From positions 78,058,001-78,122,000 of the forward strand of contig NC_135655.1 in assembly GCF_964188315.1 (NCBI RefSeq): a DNA stretch of 64,000 nucleotides. The letters run 5' to 3'. Below are positions 33,223-45,995 of this stretch, piece after piece. How positions within the stretch are numbered: the first letter of the stretch is position 1; every line of letters starts with the position of its first letter. Source of the stretch: Podarcis muralis. Taxonomy: Eukaryota. A program made the position numbers and the translations under genes. The notes beneath the pieces are model-generated. The model made no database searches. It worked only from the letters and a program-made list of their open reading frames with translations, and had not been told where the DNA came from.

Positions 33223-35219
33223 TATGTATATTGAAATAGACATTTGAAAATCTGTATAGGTTAGTTGTTAGTTGTCCTCACAGAGGTACAATCCACAAGG
33301 TACCCTGGGAAGAGAAATGGATGGTTAAACCACTCTCTCTGTGAGGGGAATAGGGGTCTCTTAACAACTTTCAGGATCCCTAACACACTGTAGGATTCCC
33401 AAGATTCTTTGTGCTGTCAATGTAAGGTGAACATGTGGCCTTAGTTGTTTTGTGATGCTTCGCCAATGCTATCACATTATCACTATCCAGAGGGGCTATA
33501 GGCTTTTTATCACACATATGGGTGGTCATATAAGATACCGCTTTCAAATACTGTTTGCACCTGCAGATGTTTTGGAGTGGCATCATTTCCAATCAGTGCA
33601 TATTCTGTAAGTTCCTGCTGAAACCTCATAAATTTTCATACCCCAAATGTTCATGGAGAGGTGGGGAGGGGTTGTCCTGCTTTTGTTGTGCTATAGCCAC
33701 CCACCTCTGGGCAAACGTAGGATTTAGTGGACATTGGGCTACTGAAGCAGCAGTAGCAGTGCATCTTCTTCCCAGGTGTGATTCTTCTTTAAAACTGCTT
33801 GGTGAATATATTTTGAATTAAAAGGCCCTTTTCTGCAACTTTAACAGCCTGGGAACTAAAGTTGTTTTACAGTTATTGTGAAATGCCTTCGAGGAAATTC
33901 TGTTTTTGAAAGGCAGGTCAAAAGTCCCTGAAAAATTAATCAGTCAGTGTTCAGTGTATTGAACAACAAACTAAAATTGAAACTATAGCATTATTTTCCA
34001 GGGTAATATTATACTATTTTTCATGTTTAAACAGTATCTTTAGTTTTTTATCATGACTAAAATGAAATATTTTTATGTAAAAGAAGGCATTTAAAGGGGG
34101 AGGGATCTATCAGACAACATGAGGAATGTAATTAATATTTTGGAAAAGTTACAAGTGAACATTAACACAAAAGTTGTTTTGATATTTGTAGACGCGGAGA
34201 AAGCCTTTGACAACATTTCTTGGAGCTTTATGAAGAAAAATCTTCAGGGGATGGGGGTTGGACAAAACTTTGAGAATGGTATAAGTGCGATTTATTTTGA
34301 ACAAAAGGCTAAACTGATAGTTAATAATATAGTGACAGAAGAATTTAAAATTGAGAAAGGGACACGACAAGGCTGCCCAATTTCCCCACTGCTTTTTATT
34401 TTGGTCCTGGAGGTTTTGCTAAATATGATCAGAAGGGACCAGTGGATTCAAGGTATTCAGGTCGGAGCTAAACAATACAAACTTAAAGCCTTTGCAGATG
34501 ATCTTGTACTGACGTTACAGGAGCCAGTATCTAGTACTAATAGGGTACTAGAATTACCGTAATTTTCGCTCCAAAACACGCACTTTTTTGCTCCTAGAAA
34601 GTAAGGGAAAATGCCTGTGCGTGTTAAGGAGCGAATGCACTCGACTGGATCCATGGCTGCCGTCAGTCAAGCAAAGCAAGCTTTGCTTGCTTTACAGCCA
34701 GGAGGAGGGGGAGGAGCCGAGGAGGGAAGGAGGGAAGGAGAGCCATGGCAGCAAAGCGGGCAGCAGCCGCTTACACGCGAGGAGGGACAGACGGGAGCCA
34801 TAGGGAGCCGGAAAAGCGCCGCGTAGCCAGCAACAGCTGCTGCAGCCTCAGCTAGCAACGCTCTCTAAACGGAGCAATGAGGCTGCAGAGGGACGGCAGG
34901 GCACAGGAGGGCTCTGAGCCACGAGCGCAGTGAAAACCAGTAAAAAAGTTTTTAAAAAGGCTGCTGGGGACAGGAGGGCACGGGATGAGGGAGAGAGGGA
35001 AATTACGATTCTCCCAGCGTCTCAGCTGATCCGCTGAGCAGGACTTGGGTTGCAGGGGATTCGCCGTTAGCTGCGTAAAGCAGCAAAGAGGGAGAGAAGG
35101 AGCAAAGTGGGAGAGGAAAGGAGCTGCTTACACTGCTGTAAGTGGCTGCTGTCTGGTTGGCTCCTTTAAAGCAACAGTGCTCTTTCCCTCCCCCCTCCCC
35201 TCTCAGCTCGCCGAAAAGC

Positions 35220-36582
35220 TCCTTTTCCACACACCCCACTCGAGCTCCTTCTCCCCTTAAATCCCTCTCCTGCATCATTAGCCACATCCTTTTCCACACA
35301 CCCCACGCGTGTTCCTTCTCCCCTTAAATCCCTCTCCTGCATCATTAGCCACATCCTTCTCCACCCACCCCACGCGTGTTCCTTCTCCCCTTTAACCGCT
35401 CGCCTGCATCATTAGCCACATCCTTCTCTACACACCCCACGCGTGTTCCTTCTCCCCTTAAATCCCTCTCCTGCATCATTAGCCACATCCTTCTCTACAC
35501 ACCCCACGCGTGTTCCTTCTCCCCTTAAATCCCTCTCCTGCATTATTAGCCACATCCTTCTCCACCCACCCCACGCGTGTTCCTTCTCCCCTTTAACCGC
35601 TCGCCTGCATCATTAGCCACATCCTTCTCTACACACCCCACGCGTGTTCCTTCTCCCCTTAAATCCCTCTCCTGCATCATTAGCCACATCCTTCTCTACA
35701 CACCCCATGCATGTTCCTTCTCCCCTTAAATCCCTCTCCTGCATCATTAGCCACATCCTTCTCTACACACCCCACGCGTGTTCCTTCTCCCCTTAAATCC
35801 CTCTCCTGCATCATTAGCCACATCCTTCTCTACACACCCCATGCATGTTCCTTCTCCCCTTAAATCCCTCTCCTGCATCATTAGCCACATCCTTCTCCAC
35901 CCACCCCACGCGTGTTCCTTCTCCCCTTTAACCGCTCGCCTGCATCATTAGCCACATCCTTCTCTACACACCCCACGCGTGTTCCTTCTCCCCTTAAATC
36001 CCTCTCCTGCATCATTAGCCACATCCTTCTCTACACACCCCACGCGTGTTCCTTCTCCCCTTAAATCCCTCTCCTGCATTATTAGCCACATCCTTCTCCA
36101 CCCACCCCACGCGTGTTCCTTCTCCCCTTTAACCGCTCGCCTGCATCATTAGCCACATCCTTCTCTACACACCCCACGCGTGTTCCTTCTCCCCTTAAAT
36201 CCCTCTCCTGCATCATTAGCCACATCCTTCTCTACACACCCCATGCATGTTCCTTCTCCCCTTAAATCCCTCTCCTGCATCATTAGCCACATCCTTCTCT
36301 ACACACCCCACGCGTGTTCCTTCTCCCCTTAAATCCCTCTCCTGCATCATTAGCCACATCCTTCTCTACACACCCCATGCATGTTCCTTCTCCCCTTAAA
36401 TCCCTCTCCTGCATCATTAGCCACATCCTTCTCCACCCACCCCACGCGTGTTCCTTCTCCCCTTTAACCGCTCGCCTGCATCATTAGCCACATCCTTCTC
36501 TACACACCCCATGCATGTTCCTTCTCCCCTTAAATCCCTCTCCTGCATCATTAGCCACATCCTTCTCTACACACCCCACGCA
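35220..36582. repeat. 67-bp minisatellite, about 20 copies
   Basis: ATTAGCCACATCC recurs every 67 bp from 35277 to 36550 (20 occurrences). Confidence 0.97.
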
Positions 36583-36623
36583 TGCTCCGTGTCCCTTGAA
36601 TGCTTTTCCTTCCCTCCCTACTT

Positions 36624-36905
36624 AAAACGTGGTTACAAAGCACGGATCCACATGGATCCTCAGGATTTTTGCACTGGGTCACCCCAGGTTCACCATCAGA
36701 TCACATAAAATGTCCATGGCTACAGCCTGCACAAAAAAAAATCACGCACCCACTGTTTCATGGGGCTGCAACGGCGCAAAAACGTGGTTACAAAGCATGG
36801 ATCCACATGGATCCACAGGATTTTTGCATTGGGCTACCCCAAACTCACCGTCAGATCACGTTTGTGGCCACAGCATGAACCACAAAAATCATACATCCAC
36901 TGTTT
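36624..36905. repeat. Imperfect ~155-bp tandem duplication inside the MITE
   Basis: AAAACGTGGTTACAAAGCA(C/T)GGATCCACATGGATCC(T/A)CAGGATTTTTGCA occurs near 36624 and 36778. Confidence 0.8.
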
Positions 36906-39900
36906 TGTTTAGAATATTTTTTTCTTGCTTTCCTCCTCTAAAAACTACGTGCGTGTTATGGTCAGGTGCGTGTTATAGAGCGAAAAATACGGTAATTCAG
37001 GAGTTTGGTCAAGTGGCAGGCTTTAAGTTAAATAAGTCAAAAACTAAGGTCTTGGAGAAAAATTTGACACCGATTGAAGGAGAGAGGTTTCAGAAAGAGA
37101 CAGATTTAACATTGGTAAAGAAGGTTAAATACCTGGGGGTGAATATGACTAATAAGAATGTGAATCTATTTAAAGATAATTATGAGAAATGTTGGTCAGA
37201 AGTCAAGAAAGACCTAGAAATCTGGTCAAATTTGAAGCTTTCCTTGCTTGGTCGAATTGCTGTTATAAAGATGAATGTATTGCCGAGAATGTTGTTTTTG
37301 TTTCAATCACTGCAAATTATTGACAAGATGGACTGTTTCAAGAAGTGGCAAAGAGACATCTCTAGATTTGTCTGGCAGGGCAAAAAGCCCAGAATAAAAT
37401 TTAAGATACTTACTGATGCTAAAGATAGAGGGGGGTTTGCCCTGCCGGACCTTAAACTCTACTATGAATCAGCAGCTTTTTGCTGGCTGAAGGAATGGCT
37501 GCTTCTTGAGAACACTGACATTTTAGATCTTGAAGGTTACGATAATGTATTTGGGTGGCATGCATATCTGTGGTATGGCAAGGTTAAAGCGCATAAGGCA
37601 TTTAAAAACCATATTGTCAGGAAAGCACTTTTTAATGTTTGGATAAGATATAAAGATTTTTTGGAGAATAAAACTCCAAGGTGGTTATCACCTATGGAAG
37701 CGAAAGCCTTGAAAAAAATTAACATGGAGGCCAAATGGCCAAAGTATTGTGAAATTTTGGAACAGGATGGTGACAAGCTGAAATTGCAGAGTTATGAGAA
37801 GCTTAAAGGGAAGGTGCGAGACTGGTTACATTATTTTCAAATAAGAGAGGTTTATAATCAAGATAAAAAAATTGGTTTCCAGGTGGAAAAATCAAAATTG
37901 GAAACAGAACTGTTAGAACCCAATGCTAAGATACTACCAAGAATGTACAATTTGCTACTGAAATGGAGTACGGAGGAAGAAACGGTAAAATCTGCTATGA
38001 TTAAATGGGCACAAGATATAGGATATAATATTATGTTTGCTGACTGGGAGCAGTTGTGGACCACTGGGATTAAATCTACGGCATGTAATGCTCTTAGAGA
38101 GAATATTATGAAAATGATGTACAGGTGGTACATGACCCCAGTCAAGCTTGCAAACATTTATCATTTGCCTGATAACAAATGTTGGAAATGTAAAGAAACT
38201 GAAGGTACATTCTTTCACCTTTGGTGGACGTGCCCGAGGATTAAGGCTTTCTGGGAGATTATTTATAATGAATTGAAAAAGGTATTTAAATACACCTTTG
38301 TGAAGAAACCAGAGGCCTTTCTCCTGGGCATAGTTGGCCAATTGGTGTCAAAGAAGGATAGAACTTTCTTTATGTATGCTACAGCAGCAGCAAGAATACT
38401 CATCGCAAAGCATTGGAAGACACAAAGGGATACAAAAAAGGGAGGCGTGAGGAAGTTGGGAAAATAAGTTATCAAAGATAAGAAATTAGAAAAGAGAGAT
38501 CTGTGTTTTACCTCTTTGTGTGAGTATTGACTTTCTTCTTTCTTTTTATTTTTTCCCTTGGTAGGTTAAATGTCTGTATTTTTGTATTGTGAAATTTTGT
38601 ATGTTTTATATTCCATTTGTGTTTATATTGTTTTTGTGGTTGTCTTTTCCCTATTGTTAAACTTAATAAAATATTATTTAAAAAAAAAAATTAAAGGGGG
38701 AGGGAGGCATTATTGTAGACTGGAATTGTAGCAGGAATAAACACTGTTGCTTGCATTTAACCAGTTTGTTGAGGATTTAGGGAGACTAATATATAAACAC
38801 TGTCATATTTTTCAGAACCAACACAGTTCCAAACACAGTTGCAGAAGGTTAAGCTTCTTGTCTACACTTCATGCAATCTGACCTCAGATTCCGTCAAAGG
38901 GGCCAGCTTTCAAATATATTTTTGTAGTAGGTGAACTGTTGTGAAGTGTTCAATGGACTTTGTCCTTATGCAAACGGAAACTGAACTGGTGGCATCAAGT
39001 TTGCCCCTGGTGTAATATGTCTGACTCCTGCAGTTTTGTGGAAGGAGCAGCTTTGACGCATTAAAGCTGAAAAGCATGACGCTGATAAAGATCCAAAAAC
39101 CAATACATAGTTTTGTAACCACTGGCTGTAAACATGTTTTGCAAATTATCTATAGGTGCGTACACAAAGAATTTACTGCAGTGCACTTTGTACACATTGG
39201 CTTTTTCCTTTTAAATGAAATCACATGAACTTTGGATAAATGTCCACATTTCCCAAAATGTTTTTTAAATACTGTAAACATGGCAGTGGAGAAAATGAGC
39301 CAATCCGTCACTTGTTGCCTGCGTCATGGCCCTGAATACATTGTAAAGAAAATGTAGTGATTCAAATATCAAGAGAAAAACCAACTTCCACTTTCAAAAG
39401 AGCTATCAGTAGTTACTGATAGCTTTCTGGTTTGGTTTTTTGTTATAAAATGAAAGAGTTGAAGTGGACATGTATCCTTTACAATCTATTCTCAGTGATC
39501 TGACAGATACTTTTTCACTTTATTTTGTACTTGTTCCCATTATTATATTTTCAACTTTTTACTTCACAGGCATGTGCACTGCCCCAAAGAAAATAAATGA
39601 TAAATTGATGATGAAACAACACTAGTACATCAGCCACATGATGATATGGAAGCATTGATCTGAGGTGTGGGGGGGGGGGTTGGGTTTTTTTTTAAGCTAT
39701 CAGTATTACTAAAATTATCTCCAAGAAAACAGGTCGTGTGCTGGGACTGGAGTGAAGGCTTCAATGAAACTTGAACTAGCTGGAACAATTGACCCTAAAA
39801 TTATTTTTGTGATACAGAAAAAATCCATTTAAAAAGATGAATCATTCTAAATTATTCATTTGATCTTAAATATCTGTTTAAGGATTAGCATTTGTCACTC

Positions 39901-40099
39901 TTTGATGCTAATGTATAACTTTGGATCCTAACGTTCAGTAAGAAACTTGAGGATCAGCTTTTTTACCAGGTGACCCATGGATAGTTTCCAAACTATGTTC
40001 CGGGATTCCTTGGAAGTTTGCATCAGCATCATTACGGTGAGATCAGTAATGATTGACCTGCTTATCTTAAATAAAGCTTAGAGCTTGCTGTCTACAATA

Positions 40100-40417
40100 C
40101 AGTGGTACCTCGGGGTAAGAACTTAATTTGTTCTGGAGGTCCGTTCTTAACCTGAAACTGCTCTTAATCTGAGGTACCACTTTAGCTAATGGGTCCTAAC
40201 GCTGCTGCCGTGCCACCGCTGCATGATTTCTGTTCTCATCCTGAAGCAAAGTTCTTAACCCAAGGTAAATCAAAATGTTTATTCGGCTTTACGCCCATCA
40301 TGAAACACAACACAACACAACAAAACAAATAAAAACAAATCAGTTCAATACCCGAGGTACTATTTCTGGGTTAGCGGAGTCTGTAACCTGAAGCGTCTGT
40401 AACTCGAGGTACCACTG
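40100..40417 (-). mobile_element. Tigger/pogo-like MITE carrying a nested 82-bp insertion
   Basis: Same TIRs; insertion 40268-40349 flanked by ACCC(A/G)AGGTA duplication. Confidence 0.85.
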
Positions 40418-40610
40418 TATGTATAAGCAGGATAGTGGTGGTGTGTTTTGACTACACACTCCATTCATGTGAGGTAACTGTGTCACCCAGCAGGCCTGGC
40501 TGTGCCTTATATGAACCAAGTTTGCATTAATAGGGATGGCAGAGTAATTCAATTTGGTTTGCATTTAAAGGCAAAGTTAACCAAATTTGCATTTCCCAAA
40601 ACAGGGAAAT

Positions 40611-40850
40611 GTACCTCGGGTTACATACGCTTCAGGTTACATACGCTTCAGGTTACAGACTCCGCTAACCCAGAAATAGTGCTTCAGGTTAAGAACTTTG
40701 CTTCAGGATGAGAACAAAAACCGTGCTCCGGCGGCGTGGCAGCAGCAGCAGGAGGCCCCATTAGCTAAAGTGGTGCTTCAGGTTAAGAACAGTTTCAGGT
40801 TAAGAACGGACCTCCGGAACGAATTAAGTACTTAACCCGAGGTACCACTG
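40611..40850 (+). mobile_element. Tigger/pogo-like MITE lacking the first few TIR bases
   Basis: GTACCTCGGGTTAC...CGAGGTACCACTG|TA; inverted relative to the 40100 copy. Confidence 0.85.
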
Positions 40851-43800
40851 TAATAATAATGAGAAGCCACTCATCTGACTAGGTTGCCTCAGCAAAATTA
40901 AAAACACAATAAAACATCAGACATCAAAAACTTCCCTGTACAGGGCGGCCTTCAAATATATATTTAAAATCATATAGTTGTTTATCTGCTTGACATCTGA
41001 TGGAAGGGCGTTCCACAGGGCAGGCACAGCCCGAGATCTGTGGCACTAAGTAACTCACTGACTAAGACTGCAAACCTAACGTCAGTCACTAGAGAATAAA
41101 TTCCATTGAGATCAAGGAGGCATACTTTGAATAAGCAAGTGTAAGGCTTAGAGTATTTATTTCGTTTGCTAGAGGATTAGTTCAAAAACATCTTGAGATG
41201 ACTTACAATGCAAAAAATATATATCATTATCCTCATTGTTTCATTTCTTGCCTACCCTTCACCAGAAGGTCCCAGGGTGGGATACAGCATAGGAAAACAA
41301 AACACAAAATGATTTCTTTTTTTAAAAAAACACACCCATAACATCAAAACAATAATTCCATTATAATACAAAATATACAAAAGAATGAAAAAGAACAGCA
41401 AGCACTGCATCCGATGCACACTTACCTAGGAGAATGCCCTGTTGAACACATGAGGAGAAAGTCACTCTTAAAATCTTCACTGGAGCAAGCGGCCAAAAGT
41501 GCAGAGGCTGAGTAGCAGGACAAAACTATGGCTAGTTGTTAAAGGATGAATTGTGGGGCAATGAAAGCCCTGGCAAATCCCAGGGGACTGAGCGAATATG
41601 GAATTACAATGCTCTGAGCTGAAGACCCATTGCCTGAAGAATGGGCATCATTTTAATATTCAGCCCGGAGTGCTTGAAATCAAATTTGATAAAGGGATAG
41701 ATAGTCCCTAAATCATAGCAAGCACCCTTAACTTGGTTCTTGCAAGATACTTAATGCTGAGGAATCCTGGAGCAGAGCAGCTGTGGACCAGTTCTGTCTT
41801 AATAAGGGTATCCTTCTAGCCAGAGATGCATACGGTACTGCTTTTCTCTAATCTTTGTGCCAGTACGCTATTGCACTGGAATGTAGCTTAGTACCATCTT
41901 TGTTTACAGCTGCACAAAATCTTCCCTATTGTGAAACAGCAGCATATCAAAAACACGCATCTGATACTTAAAAGGGTTTTGCATTCCACTCAGTCTCTTC
42001 GCATGGCCTAATGAGGCAAATACTCTGAAAACTGGGGAAGCAGAACTAAGATGTTTGCTTATTTTGCACATTAGCATGATCAGCTGCACATTTAGATAAA
42101 GTGCCATTTATGCTGGTGGAAGTCAGAGGGCTGGCATAAACTCAGGCTCTTGTCTGCAAAGAGTAAAAGCTCTGTTTATTTTTAGAATATGGCTGTTTGA
42201 TTTTTGCTTAAACATCATGTCATATCAACTGAAGTGCTGTGCTGCAATGCACATAATTTCATGCTATAAAACTACCCAGTCCTCTAAGCAGATATTTCGT
42301 TAAGAAGCAACGTGAAGTAACTTTTACTGACTTTAAATGGCTGTGTGTTTAATTGCCCAAAAATTATCGAACAAAAAAGGGAGGAGGGCTAAAAATAGGG
42401 ATGGGAATGATAGTTTTGACAAATCGTGTGGGTGGGTGGGTGGGTGCAGTCTCTCTGCCAAAACCCATCAGAAAATCTGCAGTGGATTTCAGAGTCCAGT
42501 ATCAAATCTGTACTCTAGCCTAGATGCCTCAATGGATTTTGGAAGGGATCCTAGGCTTTGCCATGCATGTATTAGATCTCCAGAACATTGGTGATTTTGT
42601 CTGCAGATGTGGGCTGAGTCTTTGTGTTCTGGAGACATTTCTGGGCTGCCTTAAGCTTTACTGGGCATCCTCTCCTCCAAAAGCATGCAATGATATTTGT
42701 TATGTATTGAAGTTCTCACCCTGACCACCAGGAGTATCGTGTAGATAGTTTTCACTCAGGTCCACGTCAGTTATTTTAGGCGGGAAACCCTGGGTTGTTG
42801 TTGCTACAATGTTGACAGCCAGCTGCCTATAAAAGCAGGCCGGCTGAGCTGTTTGCGGTTCAGTTCTGTTCCAGCTTACAAAAATAAAGACCTGCTTTGG
42901 AGAAATCGCTGTGTCGTCTGCCATGTCTACCCACTATTCAACAATATTCCTATGCCTCACTTAAATTAGCCTGATGCACAAGGAAATAGGCTCCCGTGCC
43001 TAAGATAGTTGTGTGGAATTGTTCTGACAAGCTACACTTGCTGAAATTCCCTCTTCAGCAAGATTCTCAAAGGTGCAAGGGCCCTATCTTGTCTTCCAGC
43101 TTCCCACTCTGGCACCAGAATAGCTAAAGCCTTTCCCCAAATGTGTCAAGAGACCCGGTGGAGCTTTGGAAGCCTTTGAAAAGAGACCAGAAGCATTCAC
43201 AATCCAGGAGGACTGTCAAGACAAAGGTCTAATTCAGCGCAGGCTTACTGCAGTGGCAGGAAGGTTTATAGTGGGAAACTGGAAACATCTGAAAGAGGCC
43301 TGGTGTAGACAGTTGTGTGTTCTCTTAATTATGGGGAAATGTGGTTGAGTAGGGGACAAATTAAGCAAAGATAATTTCTCAAGTGTCTGGCAAAGCTTTA
43401 TTTTGTACATAAATGATGTTACTATTATCCAAACTGTTCCAGGCAGGGCAGCCAGCATTTGGAATGCTTGCCATCTCTTAAATAAGATTGGGGTCTTGGG
43501 CTAGCTACCTCTTGTAAAAACATGTATATTAGTGAGGGTGCGAGAGTGACAAAAATAAATAACCTGTCATGTATGACATTTGCAAATAACTTGTACTTCC
43601 TTTCCTTATCCTTGTTCTCTGTTTTCTACATCTTATTTATATGTATCTATTTTCTGCCTTTCCCCCTCAGCTATGAGTTTGTATTGTATTTTTGTTTATA
43701 CTGAAACATAATAAAGAATTTTAAAAACAACAGTTACAGCACAGCAGTGTTAATTCTCTCTTAGCTACCATTTCAAAATCAAGCCTGGATTTGATGTGGA

Positions 43801-45874
43801 TTAATGCAGACCCATCTTTTATTTTATTTTCAATGGCTCCTAGAGATGCCTGTAGGCATTTTGGAGGGTCAGAAAGTCCCCATTTCCCTTAGATTCTTGC
43901 CTTCCCATTCCAAACATCACCCCACTGTCAAATTCCACCTCCCCCACATTATTTTTCCTCCTCTCTCCCAAGTTCCTGGATTTTCTTGGTTGTTGTCTGT
44001 TTTGACTTTGGACCCTGCCCCCGTTGTAGCTGACACACTGTGTTTTCTCTGCTGTTTACGATAGCCAGGCCAGTTGGAAATCATCTGCAGGAATGGGGGG
44101 ACGGGGGGGGGGGGAGCCACATATGATATCCCTAATCCTTGTTTCCATGTAAGGCTGTGCATAGCCATGTGGCATGGCCTTGATAGCCTATTGAACTTAG
44201 CTGTAGTGCCCATTGTAGTTTCACATTGCAATATAGTATTTTTAATATCGTAACCAGGGCTGGAAAGTGGAGTAGAAACTGCAGCAGCAATGGCAAGCGT
44301 GCGGCCCTTGGCAGGAAATTTCAGTCTGAAGTGAGGCAGTAGAAAAACTATGATAATAGACTAGGCAGGGGTATTCAACAAAGGTCTGCCAGAGTAATTT
44401 TATCTTGCTCAGATCTAAAGCATACCACTTGGAGGCCAGAGTGAAGCTTTGTCTGATATCGTCCTTAGGCTGTATTCTGGGGCTAATTGGTTGGAAGACT
44501 TGGATGTGTATAGGCCGTAACTGTGTTTCATAAATGCCTTGCCATGTTGTCACTACACTGTGACCTGGGTGCTAATTTCTGATGTTACTGTAGGGCAAGC
44601 TGGCAAACATGTAGCCCTCTAGATGTTGTTGGACTCAAGGCTTCCAATAGCCCAAGCCAGCATGGTCAGTGGTGAGGGATTATGGGAGTTGTAAACCAGC
44701 CACATCTGGAGGGCCACAGGTTAGCCACCCCTGTTGAAAGGCAATGGGCCCATTATGGCAGAAATGGGAAGCTTGTGGCCCTCCACATGTCATTGGACCA
44801 CAACCCATATCATCCTTGACCACTGACCATGCTGGCTGGGAGTTATAGAAGCTGGAGCCCAAGAACTGGAGCTTTCCAAGATGGCTCCCCTCCGCAGGCA
44901 ATAGATCAACTCCTGCTCTAGGTGGACAGATTTGTGGGTGTTTATTATGATCTGCTCTTATTTGTTTATTTAAAGATCCATTTCCTCAAAAGTCCAAGGC
45001 AGCTAACAATCTAGAAACAACAAATATTATAAAAAGTAACAAGGAACACATTTTACAAAGGGCCGCTTTAGGTCTTTTAATCTGTGGTGATAAATAGACA
45101 TTATTTATTTAGCCTGTCATTCTTTAGAGTGTGACAACTAGTTTTTAGGAAATCTCTACACGTCAATTGAATAAGACTGCTGCAATTCTAAACAGATTAG
45201 GCTAGCGAGTCAGCTCTACTTGTCCCAGTGAGATTTACTGCTGAATAAACATGTATGGGACTGCACTACATAAGCAATTAGTTGCCTTGATGCTATACTT
45301 CTTCAGTTTATTTTACAATGTAAACAAATAGATAAACCTCTGCAAAAAAAAAAAAAGAACTCTTACAACTTGAGGAATTATAGACGAAGGGGAAAGGGAT
45401 GAAAAGTGGAGCCCTAAGAAATATTTCTCCACTAGATGTCTCCACGACACAACATTTGTTAACAGGACTGAAAGAAGGCCCCTAGAGAAAAGAAAATGAA
45501 ATTGTGCAAGGGATAAAGGTTGGGTATGAGAAGAGCAAAAGGCAGCAATTGAGGCTTTCATCCATAAGCTGCCTAAGCAAAGGAGCTATGAGGACACCCA
45601 TTGCAACTAAAACAGGGCAAGATCGAGAACGCTGGTTTGTCAATGTCATTGTTTAAGTTTATAGATTGCACTTCTGAGAGATGTTCTGTTGATAACTTGA
45701 TGCCTGTGTCTTTAATGTAAGTTTCTTCTTCTGAGGCTAGAGCTTGAAATGTGGGTTTCTTGTTTTTAAACTGTGTCCACCCCCTGTAATTTATATTGCT
45801 TTATTTACACTGCAACACAGAGAAGGTGTTTGCCCCACACCCTGAGGGCCTAGTTTGTACCACTGCTGAAGAGG

Positions 45875-45995
45875 TAGAATCATAGAATTGTAGAGTTGGA
45901 AGGCACCTTGAATGTCATTTAGTCCAATCATCCATGATGCAGGAATCTCAGCTGAAGCATCCCTGACAGATGGCCAGCCAACCTCTGCTTAAAAA
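45875..45995 (-). mobile_element. CR1 LINE 3' terminus
   Basis: TAGAATCATAGAATTGTAGAGTTGGAAGGCACC...TCATTTAGTCCAA is the typical reverse-complement CR1 tail. Confidence 0.7.

Larger units (their letters stand above)
34557..36992. mobile_element. Large CCGTA-family non-autonomous DNA transposon (2436 bp) inserted into L1 ORF2
   Basis: TA|CCGTAATTTTCGCTCCAAAACACGCAC...GTGCGTGTTATAGAGCGAAAAATACGG|TA; removing it plus one TA restores the L1 frame (VLEL-IQEFG). Confidence 0.92.
34106..38690 (+). mobile_element. 5'-truncated L1-clade LINE (ORF2 RT and C-terminal part), interrupted at 34557-36992
   Basis: DAEKAFD, GTRQGCPISPLLF, FADD RT motifs (34119-34556); continuation 36995-38467 with CWKC..HLWWTC knuckle; T-rich 3' UTR, AATAAA (38665-38670), A-tail; 15-bp TSD TTAAAGGGGGAGGGA at 34091-34105 and 38691-38705. 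Confidence 0.95.

Noticed and set aside
35220-36582. Regular array resembling a CRISPR
   Set aside because: Units are contiguous near-identical 67-mers with no unique spacers, in a vertebrate genome with no cas genes.
36629-38467. 612-aa ORF as a host gene
   Set aside because: It is MITE sequence fused to an L1 ORF2 remnant bounded by TSDs; kept only as a low-interest chimera.
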